Origin: an uncultured candidate division Zixibacteria bacterium
GTDB taxonomy: Bacteria; Zixibacteria; MSB-5A5; UBA10806
DNA length: 64,000 bases
Direction: 5' to 3'
NCBI GenBank assembly: GCA_963801605.1
Contig: CAWDFP010000005.1
Location: 1 to 64,000, forward strand
Shown: one piece after another, positions 48,839-58,901 of the stretch
Position numbering within the stretch: position 1 is the stretch's first letter
How the letters are laid out: every line of letters starts with the position of its first letter
Made by a program: the position numbers and the translations under genes
Notes under the pieces: generated by a model
Database searches by the model: none
What the model saw: only the letters and a program-made list of their open reading frames with translations
What the model was told of the DNA's origin: nothing

Positions 48839-51463
48839 ATGAAGCTTTATAAAGATAAATTATATCTAAGGCTGTCGCTGTTATCATTTTTGGTTAGCCT
48901 GGTTATTTATTACATTACCAGCGCCCCCACTGTCTCATTCTGGGATTGCGGCGAGTTCATTGCCACCTCATATATCATGGGCATTCCCCACCCACCTGGA
49001 AATCCTTTGTTTATTATCATCGGCCGCTTCTTTTCGATGTTGCCTATCGCCGGCAATATCAGTGTTCGCATAAACTTGATTTCGGTTCTCAGCTCTGCCG
49101 CCTCGGTATTCGTCGCTTATTGGCTTATCCTGAGATTGACAATTGGCAATCGTGATGAGATGCCTGAGGGTAATGCCCGAATCGGTTTGGCGGTAGGCGC
49201 CTTGGCCGGCTCGCTTATCATGGGGTTCGCCTATACCTTCTGGAGCAACGCCATTGAGGCTGAAGTCTATGGCCTCGCCATGCTCTTGATGCTGATTATC
49301 ACCTATTTATCCCTTCTCTGGTCTCAAAACATCGGCAAGCCCGGAAATGATCGTCTCCTTATTCTTATTTCATACCTGCTTTGGATTTCGCTTGGGATTC
49401 ATTTGACAACTTTCCTGCTGACTATTCCCCTGGCCTTATATTTGGCTTATATCGATTATAAAAAAAGCAATTTTGAACATTGGCCGATATGGCTTGTATT
49501 AATTCTATTCGTGCTTTATGTCGTTCCTATCCAAACTCAAATTCTCTCGATAGTCGGTATTAATAATAGTCCTTTTGAACTGGAATCGTTCTTCATTATC
49601 ATGGGGGCCGCTTTTATTGCTTCCTTGGTGATGTTTATCCTGACCTGGCAAAAGGGTGCCCGGAGCGCTCGAATTTGGGGTCTGACACTCTTAATCCTGA
49701 TCTTTGGAGGATTGGGATATTCGAATCAGGCTTATATCCCGGTTAGGGCCGCCGAAAAACCGGCTATTAACGAAAATGATCCATCAAATTGGCCGCGATT
49801 TAAAGCCTTTCTCGAACGTAAGCAATATGGCCAGGAATCGATGATAACCCGCATGTTTCATCGCCGAGCCAGTTGGCAAAACCAATTCATTTCGGATCCG
49901 GATTTTGGGCTGTTTCGCCAGTTGACTGAGCAGTTCGCGTCACCCAATAGCAAACTTACCTTATACAGTAGACAGGGCGAGGGCGATTCTCAAGGCGTTG
50001 ATTTCGGTCTCAATTTATGGTTGATTTATGTTGTTCTGTTGGGAATTGGCGGCATGATGGAGGCCGTCAAGCGCTCCCGGCCCGATGGCTTATATATCAC
50101 CCTCACTATGCTCTTATGCACAGTTGGGCTGGTATTCTATCTTAATTTCTCTGATGGCAGCCGCGCCATCGCGCCTTTGGCCGAGGTTAGAGCCAGAGAT
50201 TATTTCTATACTCCCGGCTTTATGTATTTTGGGATTCTTGTCGGCGTTGGCCTTTCGGCATTCTTGGAGTGGCTGGGAAAGCGCTCTGCCCTGGCTTTTG
50301 GCATCGGACACCGTTGGCAAAAACTTCTTTTCCCGGTGGCCCTGGTTATGGCCATAGCTCTTCCCATTAATACGATCCGCGCCAATTTTGCGCATAACGA
50401 CCGCCGGGGTAATTATCTTCCCTGGGATTACGCCAACAACATTCTGCAGTCCTGCGATCAGAATGGCATCGTTTTCACCAACGGCGATAACGATACCTTT
50501 CCTCTTTGGTGTATTCAGCAGGTCGACAAAGTCAGGACCGATGTTCGAGTTGTCAACTTAAGTCTTTTGAATACGCCCTGGTATATTCATCAGCTTAAAG
50601 ATCAGATGCATGTCCCTATTAATTTAAGCTATGACGAGATCGAGAATCTTCATGCCGCGCGCATCGAGGGCACCAACGGCATCTGGCGCGTTCAGGATGA
50701 GATGGTTAAAGAGATAATCACTAATTCTCAGGCTAACGGATGGAACCCGCCTGTCTATTTCGCCATGACGGTTTCTAATGATAACAGGCTGGGACTTAAT
50801 GATCATTTTATCTCTGAGGGTATGGTTTACCGAGTGGTAGAAACTGCCGGGCCTGATCGCATGAATACTGCCGTGGGCCAGCGGATATTCGGCAACCCCG
50901 CCCATTTCCGAGGCCTTGGTGATCCCAAAGTCAAAAAGGATGATAATGACATCAGGCTCACCTCCAACTATATTTCCGGAATGTTTCAATTGGTTGAAGC
51001 CTATCAGAAACAGGGAAAAATTGATTCCGCTCTGGCTATGGCTGAGGCGGCGGTCAGGCTTCGTCCTCCGGAGACATTATGGCAAGCCGAGGGTTATCTC
51101 GCTAAGATGTATGCCAGTGCCGGCAAATATCAAAAAGTCGATTCTCTTTTGGGCGCGACTGATAAAGAAACTGGCGAAAAGATCGGTCTGGCTGTAGCCC
51201 AGGATTTTCTTGCAAATAAAAATTACGATCCAGCCGAACAGACCTTAAAAATCACTTTGTCGCGATACCCCTGGTCTTTTACCGCATTGAACAATCTGGT
51301 CATGGTCTATTATCAAAAGGGAGATACATTAGAGGCCAATGCTTTGATTTCCAATTTTCGAAATGCCTACTCTAATGATAAAGCGCTAATGGCCGCCGTT
51401 GATGATATGGTCCAACGTATAAAACATGCCCCAATTCCGCAGTCGACAATGGAGTCCAAATGA
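48839..51463 (+). CDS. DUF2723 / TMEM260-like GT-C glycosyltransferase with C-terminal TPR-like region
   Basis: APTVSFWDCGEF, GIPHPPG.P, EAEVY, RDYFY, FTNGDNDTFPLW, RTDVRVVNLSLLNTPWY; multiple TMs. Confidence 0.9.
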   Translation: MKLYKDKLYLRLSLLSFLVSLVIYYITSAPTVSFWDCGEFIATSYIMGIPHPPGNPLFIIIGRFFSMLPIAGNISVRINLISVLSSAASVFVAYWLILRLTIGNRDEMPEGNARIGLAVGALAGSLIMGFAYTFWSNAIEAEVYGLAMLLMLIITYLSLLWSQNIGKPGNDRLLILISYLLWISLGIHLTTFLLTIPLALYLAYIDYKKSNFEHWPIWLVLILFVLYVVPIQTQILSIVGINNSPFELESFFIIMGAAFIASLVMFILTWQKGARSARIWGLTLLILIFGGLGYSNQAYIPVRAAEKPAINENDPSNWPRFKAFLERKQYGQESMITRMFHRRASWQNQFISDPDFGLFRQLTEQFASPNSKLTLYSRQGEGDSQGVDFGLNLWLIYVVLLGIGGMMEAVKRSRPDGLYITLTMLLCTVGLVFYLNFSDGSRAIAPLAEVRARDYFYTPGFMYFGILVGVGLSAFLEWLGKRSALAFGIGHRWQKLLFPVALVMAIALPINTIRANFAHNDRRGNYLPWDYANNILQSCDQNGIVFTNGDNDTFPLWCIQQVDKVRTDVRVVNLSLLNTPWYIHQLKDQMHVPINLSYDEIENLHAARIEGTNGIWRVQDEMVKEIITNSQANGWNPPVYFAMTVSNDNRLGLNDHFISEGMVYRVVETAGPDRMNTAVGQRIFGNPAHFRGLGDPKVKKDDNDIRLTSNYISGMFQLVEAYQKQGKIDSALAMAEAAVRLRPPETLWQAEGYLAKMYASAGKYQKVDSLLGATDKETGEKIGLAVAQDFLANKNYDPAEQTLKITLSRYPWSFTALNNLVMVYYQKGDTLEANALISNFRNAYSNDKALMAAVDDMVQRIKHAPIPQSTMESK

Positions 51464-52572
51464 GAATTCTGGCGCTAAATTGGCAGGATCTTAAGAATCC
51501 TCAGGCGGGCGGCGCCGAGGTTCATCTCGAGGAGATTCTCAAACGTTTGGTACAATATGGACATCAGGTCGATCTGCTTTGCTCCAATTTCCCCGGCGGC
51601 GGCAAAACTGATATAACGGACGGTATAAATATTATCAGAAGCGGCTCGCGGTTGAATTTTAACTGGGTGGCTCCTTTTGCGCTGCGCAAACTGATCAGCG
51701 CCAATCGCTATGATGTTGTCATCGAGGATATTAATAAAATCCCCTTTTATAGTTCCTTATATCATAAACTGCCGACCTTGATTGTCATTCCTCATCTTTT
51801 CGCCGATACCATTTTCCAGGAGATCAACTTCATACTGGGATCATACATTTTCCTCTTCGAAAAACCGGTTCCGCTGATGTATAAAACTCGGCAATTCATG
51901 GTTATTTCCAAATCTACTGCCGACGAAGTTGAAAAACGAGGTATCCCCAGAGAGAATATTCACGTGGTCGAATGCGGAATCGACAAGGAAATTTACAGAT
52001 TCGATCCCTCCATTCCTAAATTTGATATTCCTACTTTGATCTATATCGGGCGCCTTAAAAAATATAAAAATGTTGAGACCGCAATCACGGCCTTACCTCT
52101 CATCCGTAAAACTGTGCCAAACGCCAGATTGGTTATTATCGGCTCCGGAGATCATCAGCCGGATCTTCAAAGGCTTACCGAAGCTATGGGTCTCACCGAC
52201 GCTGTGGAGTTTAAGGGTTTTATCCCCCAAGCCGAAAAAATTACTTATCTCCGACGGGCCCATATTTCGGTCTATCCGTCGCTCAAAGAGGGCTGGGGAT
52301 TAACCAACATCGAGGCTAATGCTTGTGGTACTGCGGTCCTGGCTGCCCGTGTGGCTGGCTTACAGGATTCCGTTGACGAGGGAAACTCAGGATTGCTCTT
52401 TGAGTTTGGCAATATCGAGGCTTTTGCCTCCCTGGCTGTTAAAATGATTTGCGATGATTCATTCAGAAAAGGTCTTGAAATGGGAGGCTTGCGTTGGGCT
52501 GCCAATTTCTCCTGGGATAAAGCCGCCAAAGCCACCGAGGACATTATTAAAAGGATCGTTGCACCCCAGTGA
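51460..52572 (+). CDS. Glycosyltransferase family 4
   Basis: NWQD..NPQAGGAEVH, GRLKKYK, EGWGLTNIEANACG. Confidence 0.92.
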   Translation: MRILALNWQDLKNPQAGGAEVHLEEILKRLVQYGHQVDLLCSNFPGGGKTDITDGINIIRSGSRLNFNWVAPFALRKLISANRYDVVIEDINKIPFYSSLYHKLPTLIVIPHLFADTIFQEINFILGSYIFLFEKPVPLMYKTRQFMVISKSTADEVEKRGIPRENIHVVECGIDKEIYRFDPSIPKFDIPTLIYIGRLKKYKNVETAITALPLIRKTVPNARLVIIGSGDHQPDLQRLTEAMGLTDAVEFKGFIPQAEKITYLRRAHISVYPSLKEGWGLTNIEANACGTAVLAARVAGLQDSVDEGNSGLLFEFGNIEAFASLAVKMICDDSFRKGLEMGGLRWAANFSWDKAAKATEDIIKRIVAPQ

Positions 52573-53666
52573 AAAAAAAGCTTAATTTGATCCTTGGACT
52601 GATAATTAGCGCCATATTTATTTATCTTGCCTTTCGACGGGTGCGGTTGGGGGAGATCTATTTTTCGCTGAAACACGCCGATTATCTTCTCATTCTTCCC
52701 AATATGGCGATTGTAATTGTATGCATGGTTATCAGGGCGGAACGTTGGAAATATCTTTTGAAACCTATCGGGGATTTTAAGCAGAAGCAGCTTTTCCCAT
52801 CGGTAATGATCGGTTTTATGGCAAATAATATTCTGCCTGCTCGTCTCGGTGAGGTGGTAAGAGCTTACTCCCTTGGCGCCAAAACCGGGCAATCGCGCGC
52901 TTCCATTTTCGCATCGGTGGTTTTGGAACGGCTTTGTGACAGCCTGTCCCTTTTAGCTATGTTTTGGCTGGTCATTCTTTTTATCCCTTTTCCCGCATAT
53001 ATTAAAAAATTCGGGATTATAACTTTAATTATAAACATTGGACTTATACTGGCGCTATTGCTTCTCAAACGTCATACTGCGCCCCTTGTTAAAATCGTAC
53101 TAAAAACCCTCTTTTTTCTGCCCAGAAGTTTATCAGAGAAGCTGGAATATATCATGCATAGGTTCGCCGAGGGGCTTAATGTATTCAAGCATGCCAAACC
53201 TTTGTTTATGGTGGCTTTTTGGTCGATTATCCTTTGGATAATAACCGCGTTATCGAATTATTTTGTTTTCATGGCCTTTGGACTATACCCGAATCCGGCG
53301 GCCTCGTTTATCCTGCTATTGTTCGTGGCGGCCGGCGTCATGCTGCCGTCAGCGCCCGGATTCGTGGGCGTATTTCAGGCGGCGACTATTGGTGCTTTCG
53401 CTCTCTTGAATGAATTAAATTTGCTGGGAAACCACATGACCTGGCTTAAGGCCAAGACAGTGGCCCTTATATCTCCGGCGTTCACCGGAGTCTCGGCCGC
53501 CGCCATCGCGCCCCTTTGCGATTCTCTGGGGCTATTCGGGATATCTAAAGGGGAGGCTTTGTCTTTTTCTATTGTGCTTTGGCTTTGTCAATATTTGCCT
53601 GTTACGCTTTTGGGATTATATTACCTGAAACGCGAGCATTTTTCGCTTAAGACCGTTGAGGCTTGA
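52569..53666 (+). CDS. Lysylphosphatidylglycerol synthase TM-domain (UPF0104) flippase-like protein
   Basis: RAERWK.LL, GFMANNILPARLGEVVR, VLERLCD, PSAPGFVG. Confidence 0.88.
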   Translation: MKKKLNLILGLIISAIFIYLAFRRVRLGEIYFSLKHADYLLILPNMAIVIVCMVIRAERWKYLLKPIGDFKQKQLFPSVMIGFMANNILPARLGEVVRAYSLGAKTGQSRASIFASVVLERLCDSLSLLAMFWLVILFIPFPAYIKKFGIITLIINIGLILALLLLKRHTAPLVKIVLKTLFFLPRSLSEKLEYIMHRFAEGLNVFKHAKPLFMVAFWSIILWIITALSNYFVFMAFGLYPNPAASFILLLFVAAGVMLPSAPGFVGVFQAATIGAFALLNELNLLGNHMTWLKAKTVALISPAFTGVSAAAIAPLCDSLGLFGISKGEALSFSIVLWLCQYLPVTLLGLYYLKREHFSLKTVEA

Positions 53667-54337
53667 TGAAGTTATCTATTATTATTCCTGTCTACAACGA
53701 GGAACGTACCATTGCCGAACTGCTCTCACGCGTCAGGGCGGTTGAGCTTGAAAAGGAAATCATTGTCGTTAACGATGGTTCAACCGATGGCACCAAAGGC
53801 ATACTTGACACAATTGATGGTATTGTTGTAGTAAATAAGAAAAACGGCGGAAAGGGCAGCGCTATTAGGGAGGGTCTTAAGGTCGCAACAGGCGATGTGA
53901 TTGTCATCCAGGATGCTGATCTCGAATACGATCCTAATGATTTTGTTAAGATGCTCGATGTTATGAAAAGGGAGGGAGCGGACGTTGTATATGGTTCGCG
54001 GATATTGCATTCTGATTATCGTATATCCTACAGACGATATTTTTGGGGTGGAAAGCTCGTGACTATAGTCGCCAATATGCTCTATGGGTTATCGATTACT
54101 GATGAACCGACCTGTTATAAGATGATCAAGACGGATTTGTTGAAATCGCTTGACTTACAGTGCTCTAGATTTGAATTTTGTCCTGAGGTAACCGCCAAGC
54201 TGGCCAGGCGTAGAATTAGGATAGTGGAGGTACCGATAAGTTACTTTCCTCGAAGCATCGAGGAGGGCAAAAAGATCAACGCAATTGATGGCCTCGAAGC
54301 CATCTGGACACTTTTAAGGTATATATTCGTGAAATGA
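53666..54337 (+). CDS. GT2 polyprenol-phosphate glycosyltransferase (DPM1-like)
   Basis: LSIIIPVYNE, NDGSTDGT, GKGSA, IQDADLEYDP, VYGSR, EGKKI. Confidence 0.92.
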   Translation: MKLSIIIPVYNEERTIAELLSRVRAVELEKEIIVVNDGSTDGTKGILDTIDGIVVVNKKNGGKGSAIREGLKVATGDVIVIQDADLEYDPNDFVKMLDVMKREGADVVYGSRILHSDYRISYRRYFWGGKLVTIVANMLYGLSITDEPTCYKMIKTDLLKSLDLQCSRFEFCPEVTAKLARRRIRIVEVPISYFPRSIEEGKKINAIDGLEAIWTLLRYIFVK

Positions 54338-55230
54338 AATCAGAACTCGAAAATATTGCTTGTAACATTTGTGGTAAAGACATTCCTCGCCATTTATATA
54401 TTAAAAACAATTTCCATATTGTCCAATGCCAAAACTGCGGGCTTGTTTATACTAACCCTCGAGTGAAATCCGATTATGCCAAAAGCATTTATAGTTCAGC
54501 TTATTTTAAATCTCAGAACTCAGTTACCACCGGTTATGAGGATTATCTTAAGGAGCGGTTGACCATTGAAGCTACTTTCAAGCGCAGGATTAATTTTATA
54601 GTTCGCAATGCGCGCTTTCTTGAGAATGCTAAGAATCCACGCATTCTCGATATTGGATGCGCAATGGGTTTCTTACTCAATTTGTTTAGGGAGTTGGGAT
54701 GGCAAACTGAAGGCGTCGAACTGTCGGATTTTGCTTCATCGTATGCTAGGGATGAAATGAAATTGGCGGTAAGGCAAGGAACTTTGAATAACCTCGAATT
54801 TTCAGCCGACTATTATGATCTTCTAACCTCTTGGGACGTAATTGAGCATTCATATAATCCTAAAGAAGATTTAATAATGATGCACCGGCTTATCAAAAAG
54901 GGTGGCTACGTCGCTATCATAACTCCCAATAGGGCAAGCCTTCATGCCCGTGTAGTCGGCCAAAAGTGGGTGGAATATGAAAAGCCTGAGGAGCATCTCT
55001 ATTTCTTTGAAAAAAATATCTTAATAAAAATTTTAAACGATATTGGTTTTGAAACTGTAGCTGCGACAACAGCCGGAAAATATGTTTCCTTAGAGTTTGC
55101 ATTGAATCGCTTAAAATCCTATTCGGTTGTCTTTGGTGGCTTGGCGAAAATTATAGGAAAGAATTTGTCTGGTCGTTATATTTATATTAACCCGTTTGAT
55201 AAAATGTTTATACTTGCTAGAAAAAAATGA
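54334..55230 (+). CDS. Class I SAM-dependent methyltransferase with N-terminal Zn-binding motif
   Basis: CNIC...CQNCGL, ILDIGCAMG, WDVIEH, EHLYFF. Confidence 0.88.
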   Translation: MKSELENIACNICGKDIPRHLYIKNNFHIVQCQNCGLVYTNPRVKSDYAKSIYSSAYFKSQNSVTTGYEDYLKERLTIEATFKRRINFIVRNARFLENAKNPRILDIGCAMGFLLNLFRELGWQTEGVELSDFASSYARDEMKLAVRQGTLNNLEFSADYYDLLTSWDVIEHSYNPKEDLIMMHRLIKKGGYVAIITPNRASLHARVVGQKWVEYEKPEEHLYFFEKNILIKILNDIGFETVAATTAGKYVSLEFALNRLKSYSVVFGGLAKIIGKNLSGRYIYINPFDKMFILARKK

Positions 55231-57307
55231 ATAGGAAGATTTCCGGGTCAAAACTCTTTATTGAACAGTTTACATCATTATGGGTGTTTTATGCCATAAT
55301 GGCCGTTTGCGCATTCCTCCGCTTGGTGGCGCTTCGCTCTGACCCCCCTTTGGATTTGGCAAAAGGGCAGTCGCTATGGACCGATCCTTCACAATATGTA
55401 TTTTTTGCCCGAAACTTGGTTGAATTCGGCAAAATGGAATGTTTTGATCCTTCAGGATTAATATTTTTAAATATTCCTTTATATCATTTCTAAGCATCCC
55501 CCTATTCTATATTTTAAGTCCCGGTTTCTGGCAATCTAACCTTGTTTCCTCCATAATATCAATTGTGACAGTTGTCGTATTTGGGTTAGTAGTTAAAAGG
55601 AGTATGGGGGATTTTGCCGGTTGCGTCGCATTCTTATTTTCCTCTGTTTCATATATTTTTGTCATGCACAACAGAGTGCCTTATCTGGAAAATGCGTCGT
55701 TAATGTTTCTTTCTTTTTCATCATATTTTTTCATTTTAAAATATGAAGACAAATACGGACTTTATTTAAGCGGATTTTTCCTGGCCTGTTCATTATTAAT
55801 CGGAAAGACTTTAGCGGTATTGACGATCCCCGCATTTGTACTTAGCATTGTATTATTGGAACGCGGAGTAAAGACCTCCATTAAAAATTATTTAAAAAGG
55901 ATTGTTAAATTTTCAACAGGATTTGCAGTTTTTTCTTCTTTTGCATTGATTCTGTTTATTATACCCAATTATTTGGCATCCCGCGATTATTTGGCGGAAA
56001 ATGTGATAAATTACTATGGTTTTCCAGATGGATTAAGAAGCTTTGGTGGATTAATACAATCCTTATATACCTTCGATCTTGTTAATTTCGAAAATGCTTT
56101 CTTCGATCGGCTTCCGGTTATTGCCGTTTGCGTCGCATTATTTCTTCCGGTCATACGGTTAACGAAACGTCGAATCGAGGAACGCAGAGCCCTCCTGCTT
56201 TTTGCCCTTTGGTTTGGCATCGGGTATTTGTTTCTTTCACCTTGGAACTATCGCCCCATAAGATATGAAATGTACCTTGTCTTGCCTATGATGGCCTTAG
56301 CGGCTTTGTTTCTGCGAGACATAGCTTATGGCGAGATTGAAATGTCATCTAATAGAATCCTTTTTGCTGTTATCCCGATGAGCTTAATTGGCTTTCATGT
56401 TCTATTTAACGTTACCCATGCCGGCCAAAATCGGGTATTACCATTTTGGCAATTATTCATATATGCTTTTGTAATAGGAGTGCTTATTAGTGCAGCCTTT
56501 TTTTATATTTTAAAGGTTATAAAAAAACTAGATTCAAAGATAAGAATAATTGGAGTATTAATAATAATAGCGTTATCCTTAAGCTTTGATGTCAGCTATT
56601 TTGTAAACTGGGCGCAAAAACTAACTTATGCGATCGATTATACAAATAGAAATATCGATGATCAATTGGGAGACCAAGCAGTTCTTATGGGGCCTTACGC
56701 GCAAACCCTGACTCTGAATACGTCGAAAAAAGCCGAAATATTTTACTTCGGGGCTTATCCCAAAAACGATTCTTTATTCGCTCGTATTCCCGCAACGCAT
56801 GTTTTGTATGAAGTAGGTGCTGGTGGAAACAAAAGCGGTAACGAAGCCAAATTTGCGGAATATTATTCAAAGGTTAACGCCGGTTCGATCCAGATTGATT
56901 CTTATCTCATAGGCCGCTATTATGTTAGCCTATTTAATGTATCTGGCGGCACCGATAATCCAACCGCCCAAAATTATAAAATGACCGATTTCGAAAGAGG
57001 AATGTATTATTATGGCAAAAATGATTTTGATTCAGCACTGATATATCTTAATCTGGCCGAGACTAGGGGCAATTTGAAAAGAGCCTCCCTTTATAAGGGT
57101 AATGTTTATTATAGGCAGGGGCAATACGCATTTGCAAAAACCGAATATGCAAAGGGCCTTACTGATGATTGCTACGATCCAAAGTTTTGGGCGCTTTATA
57201 GTATTTCAGCAAAACAAATGGGTGAAAACGAAATTGCCGAAATGGCTAAGAATAAGGCAATAAGGTATGCGCCTTTTCCAGGATTTTTTCAAAACCTAAT
57301 TTTATAA
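55227..57307 (+). CDS. ArnT/PMT-like GT-C membrane glycosyltransferase with C-terminal TPR; indel in T run near 55466
   Basis: LRL..L..DPP...WTD...ARN N-terminus; one added T joins it to the 55565 ORF; many TMs; HNRVPYLE; TPR-like tail. Confidence 0.7.
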
Positions 57308-57321
57308 GGATTAACTTGCCC

Positions 57322-58751
57322 ATGAACACTCCCGATAACCAGTACGGTCGCAAAAGAGTTAAAAAAACAAAGATCCTGATTACGCCTCCGCAAGCAGAAT
57401 CCGTTCCCGTTCCCAATGAGAAGCCGGTGCTAAATGTGCCTGCTAAAGAAGAGGCCCAGCTTCCGATGGAACTTCCGGTGCCGGAAATTAAGCCCGTCGC
57501 TCCAATTGAGGAGTACGTAGCACCGCAGCCGGTCGAACCAAAGCCTGAAATTGAATTAGCGCCGGAATCCAAATCAAATCCTGAACCCAAATTCGAACCC
57601 AAAGCGGAATCGAAACCTGAAACAAAACCCGAGATGAGAAGAGAAGTTTCGCCTGATAGACCCCGACGAGACAACCGAAAACCCGACCACGGCTCCCGAC
57701 CTGATCGTTCCGAAAGATTTCGGCCTCAGCAACAGCAACAGCACAAGTTCCTCAGGAAAAGAGACGGGAGCTCCAGCCGCTGCAATCATCTCAACAGGCA
57801 AAATCAAAAGAACGTCCGCAATCCCGACGGTTTGGTTTCGAGCGAGGTAAGGTACGGGTGAGCATTATTATTCCCGCTTATAATGAAGAGGGTAATATCA
57901 AGCCTCTGATGGATCAATTCCATGAGGTTATTGTGCGAGCCGGACACGATTGGGAAGTTATTTTAGTTGATGATGGCTCGACCGATAAGACCGCTGAACG
58001 TGCCCGGGATGCTTCAATCCATTATCATTGGCTTCGTGTTGTAAGCTATCCTCACAACCGCGGCTTGACCGCTGCCCTTGATACCGGCTTTCAAAATGCT
58101 CGCGGTGCGATTTATGTATTTTATCCGGCTGACATGCAGTATCACCCTCAGGATATTCCCAAAATGATTGCCCGCATCGATCGCGGAGCAGATATCGTCA
58201 CCGGATGGAAACAAGGCAAATACAACAAGCGCTTCGTATCCACTATTTATAATTTCCTGTGCCGCGCCTTATTTCATATAAAAGTGCATGATCTTAATTC
58301 GGTTAAAGCTTTCAAAAAAGAGGTCCTTGAAAAGATCATGCTTCGCCAGGATTGGCACCGCTACATGGTAGTGTTGGCTGCCGAGGAGGGCTATTCTGTC
58401 GATGAGGTCAAGGTCAATGTCTTTCCCCGCTATTCCGGCAAAAGCAAATTTGGCACCGGTCGAATCCTTGGTGGAGTACTGGATTTGCTTTCGGTTAAAT
58501 TCCAAATCTCATTCACAAAAAAACCGTTGCGCTTCTTCGGCACCTGGGGGCTGGTTTCTATACTGCTGGGAATTCTAACCGGTTTGATTGCGATTTATCT
58601 GAGAATTTTTACTATCCACGGTTCCAGAACCTGGCTTTACCTTGTTATACTATTCATACTTTCGGGTTTAATGCTGTTTTCGCTTGGGTTTTTGGCCGAG
58701 GTTATCGTTTCAATTCGGGAAGAAATCGAATCGCTTAAAGGTAAAAAATAG
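57322..58751 (+). CDS. GT2 (ArnC/DPM-like) glycosyltransferase with long Pro/Glu/Arg-rich N-terminal extension; indel near 57742
   Basis: VSIIIPAYNE, DDGSTD, ADMQY.P, HDLNS..K, KKPLRFFG, two C-terminal TMs; GT2 frame open upstream to the CAG/CAA run. Confidence 0.8.
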
Positions 58752-58901
58752 GTGATATTAAATTGCCTTTGGTTTTTTGCCATTGAGCATTCCGGGACGC
58801 AGGGGAGTGATGTCGCATTTTTTCCGCTCATCATCGTATTCGATCATAAATCGACAATGCTTTTTCGGTATAAACTGCCTTCGGGCTGAACGGGTGATTT
58901 A

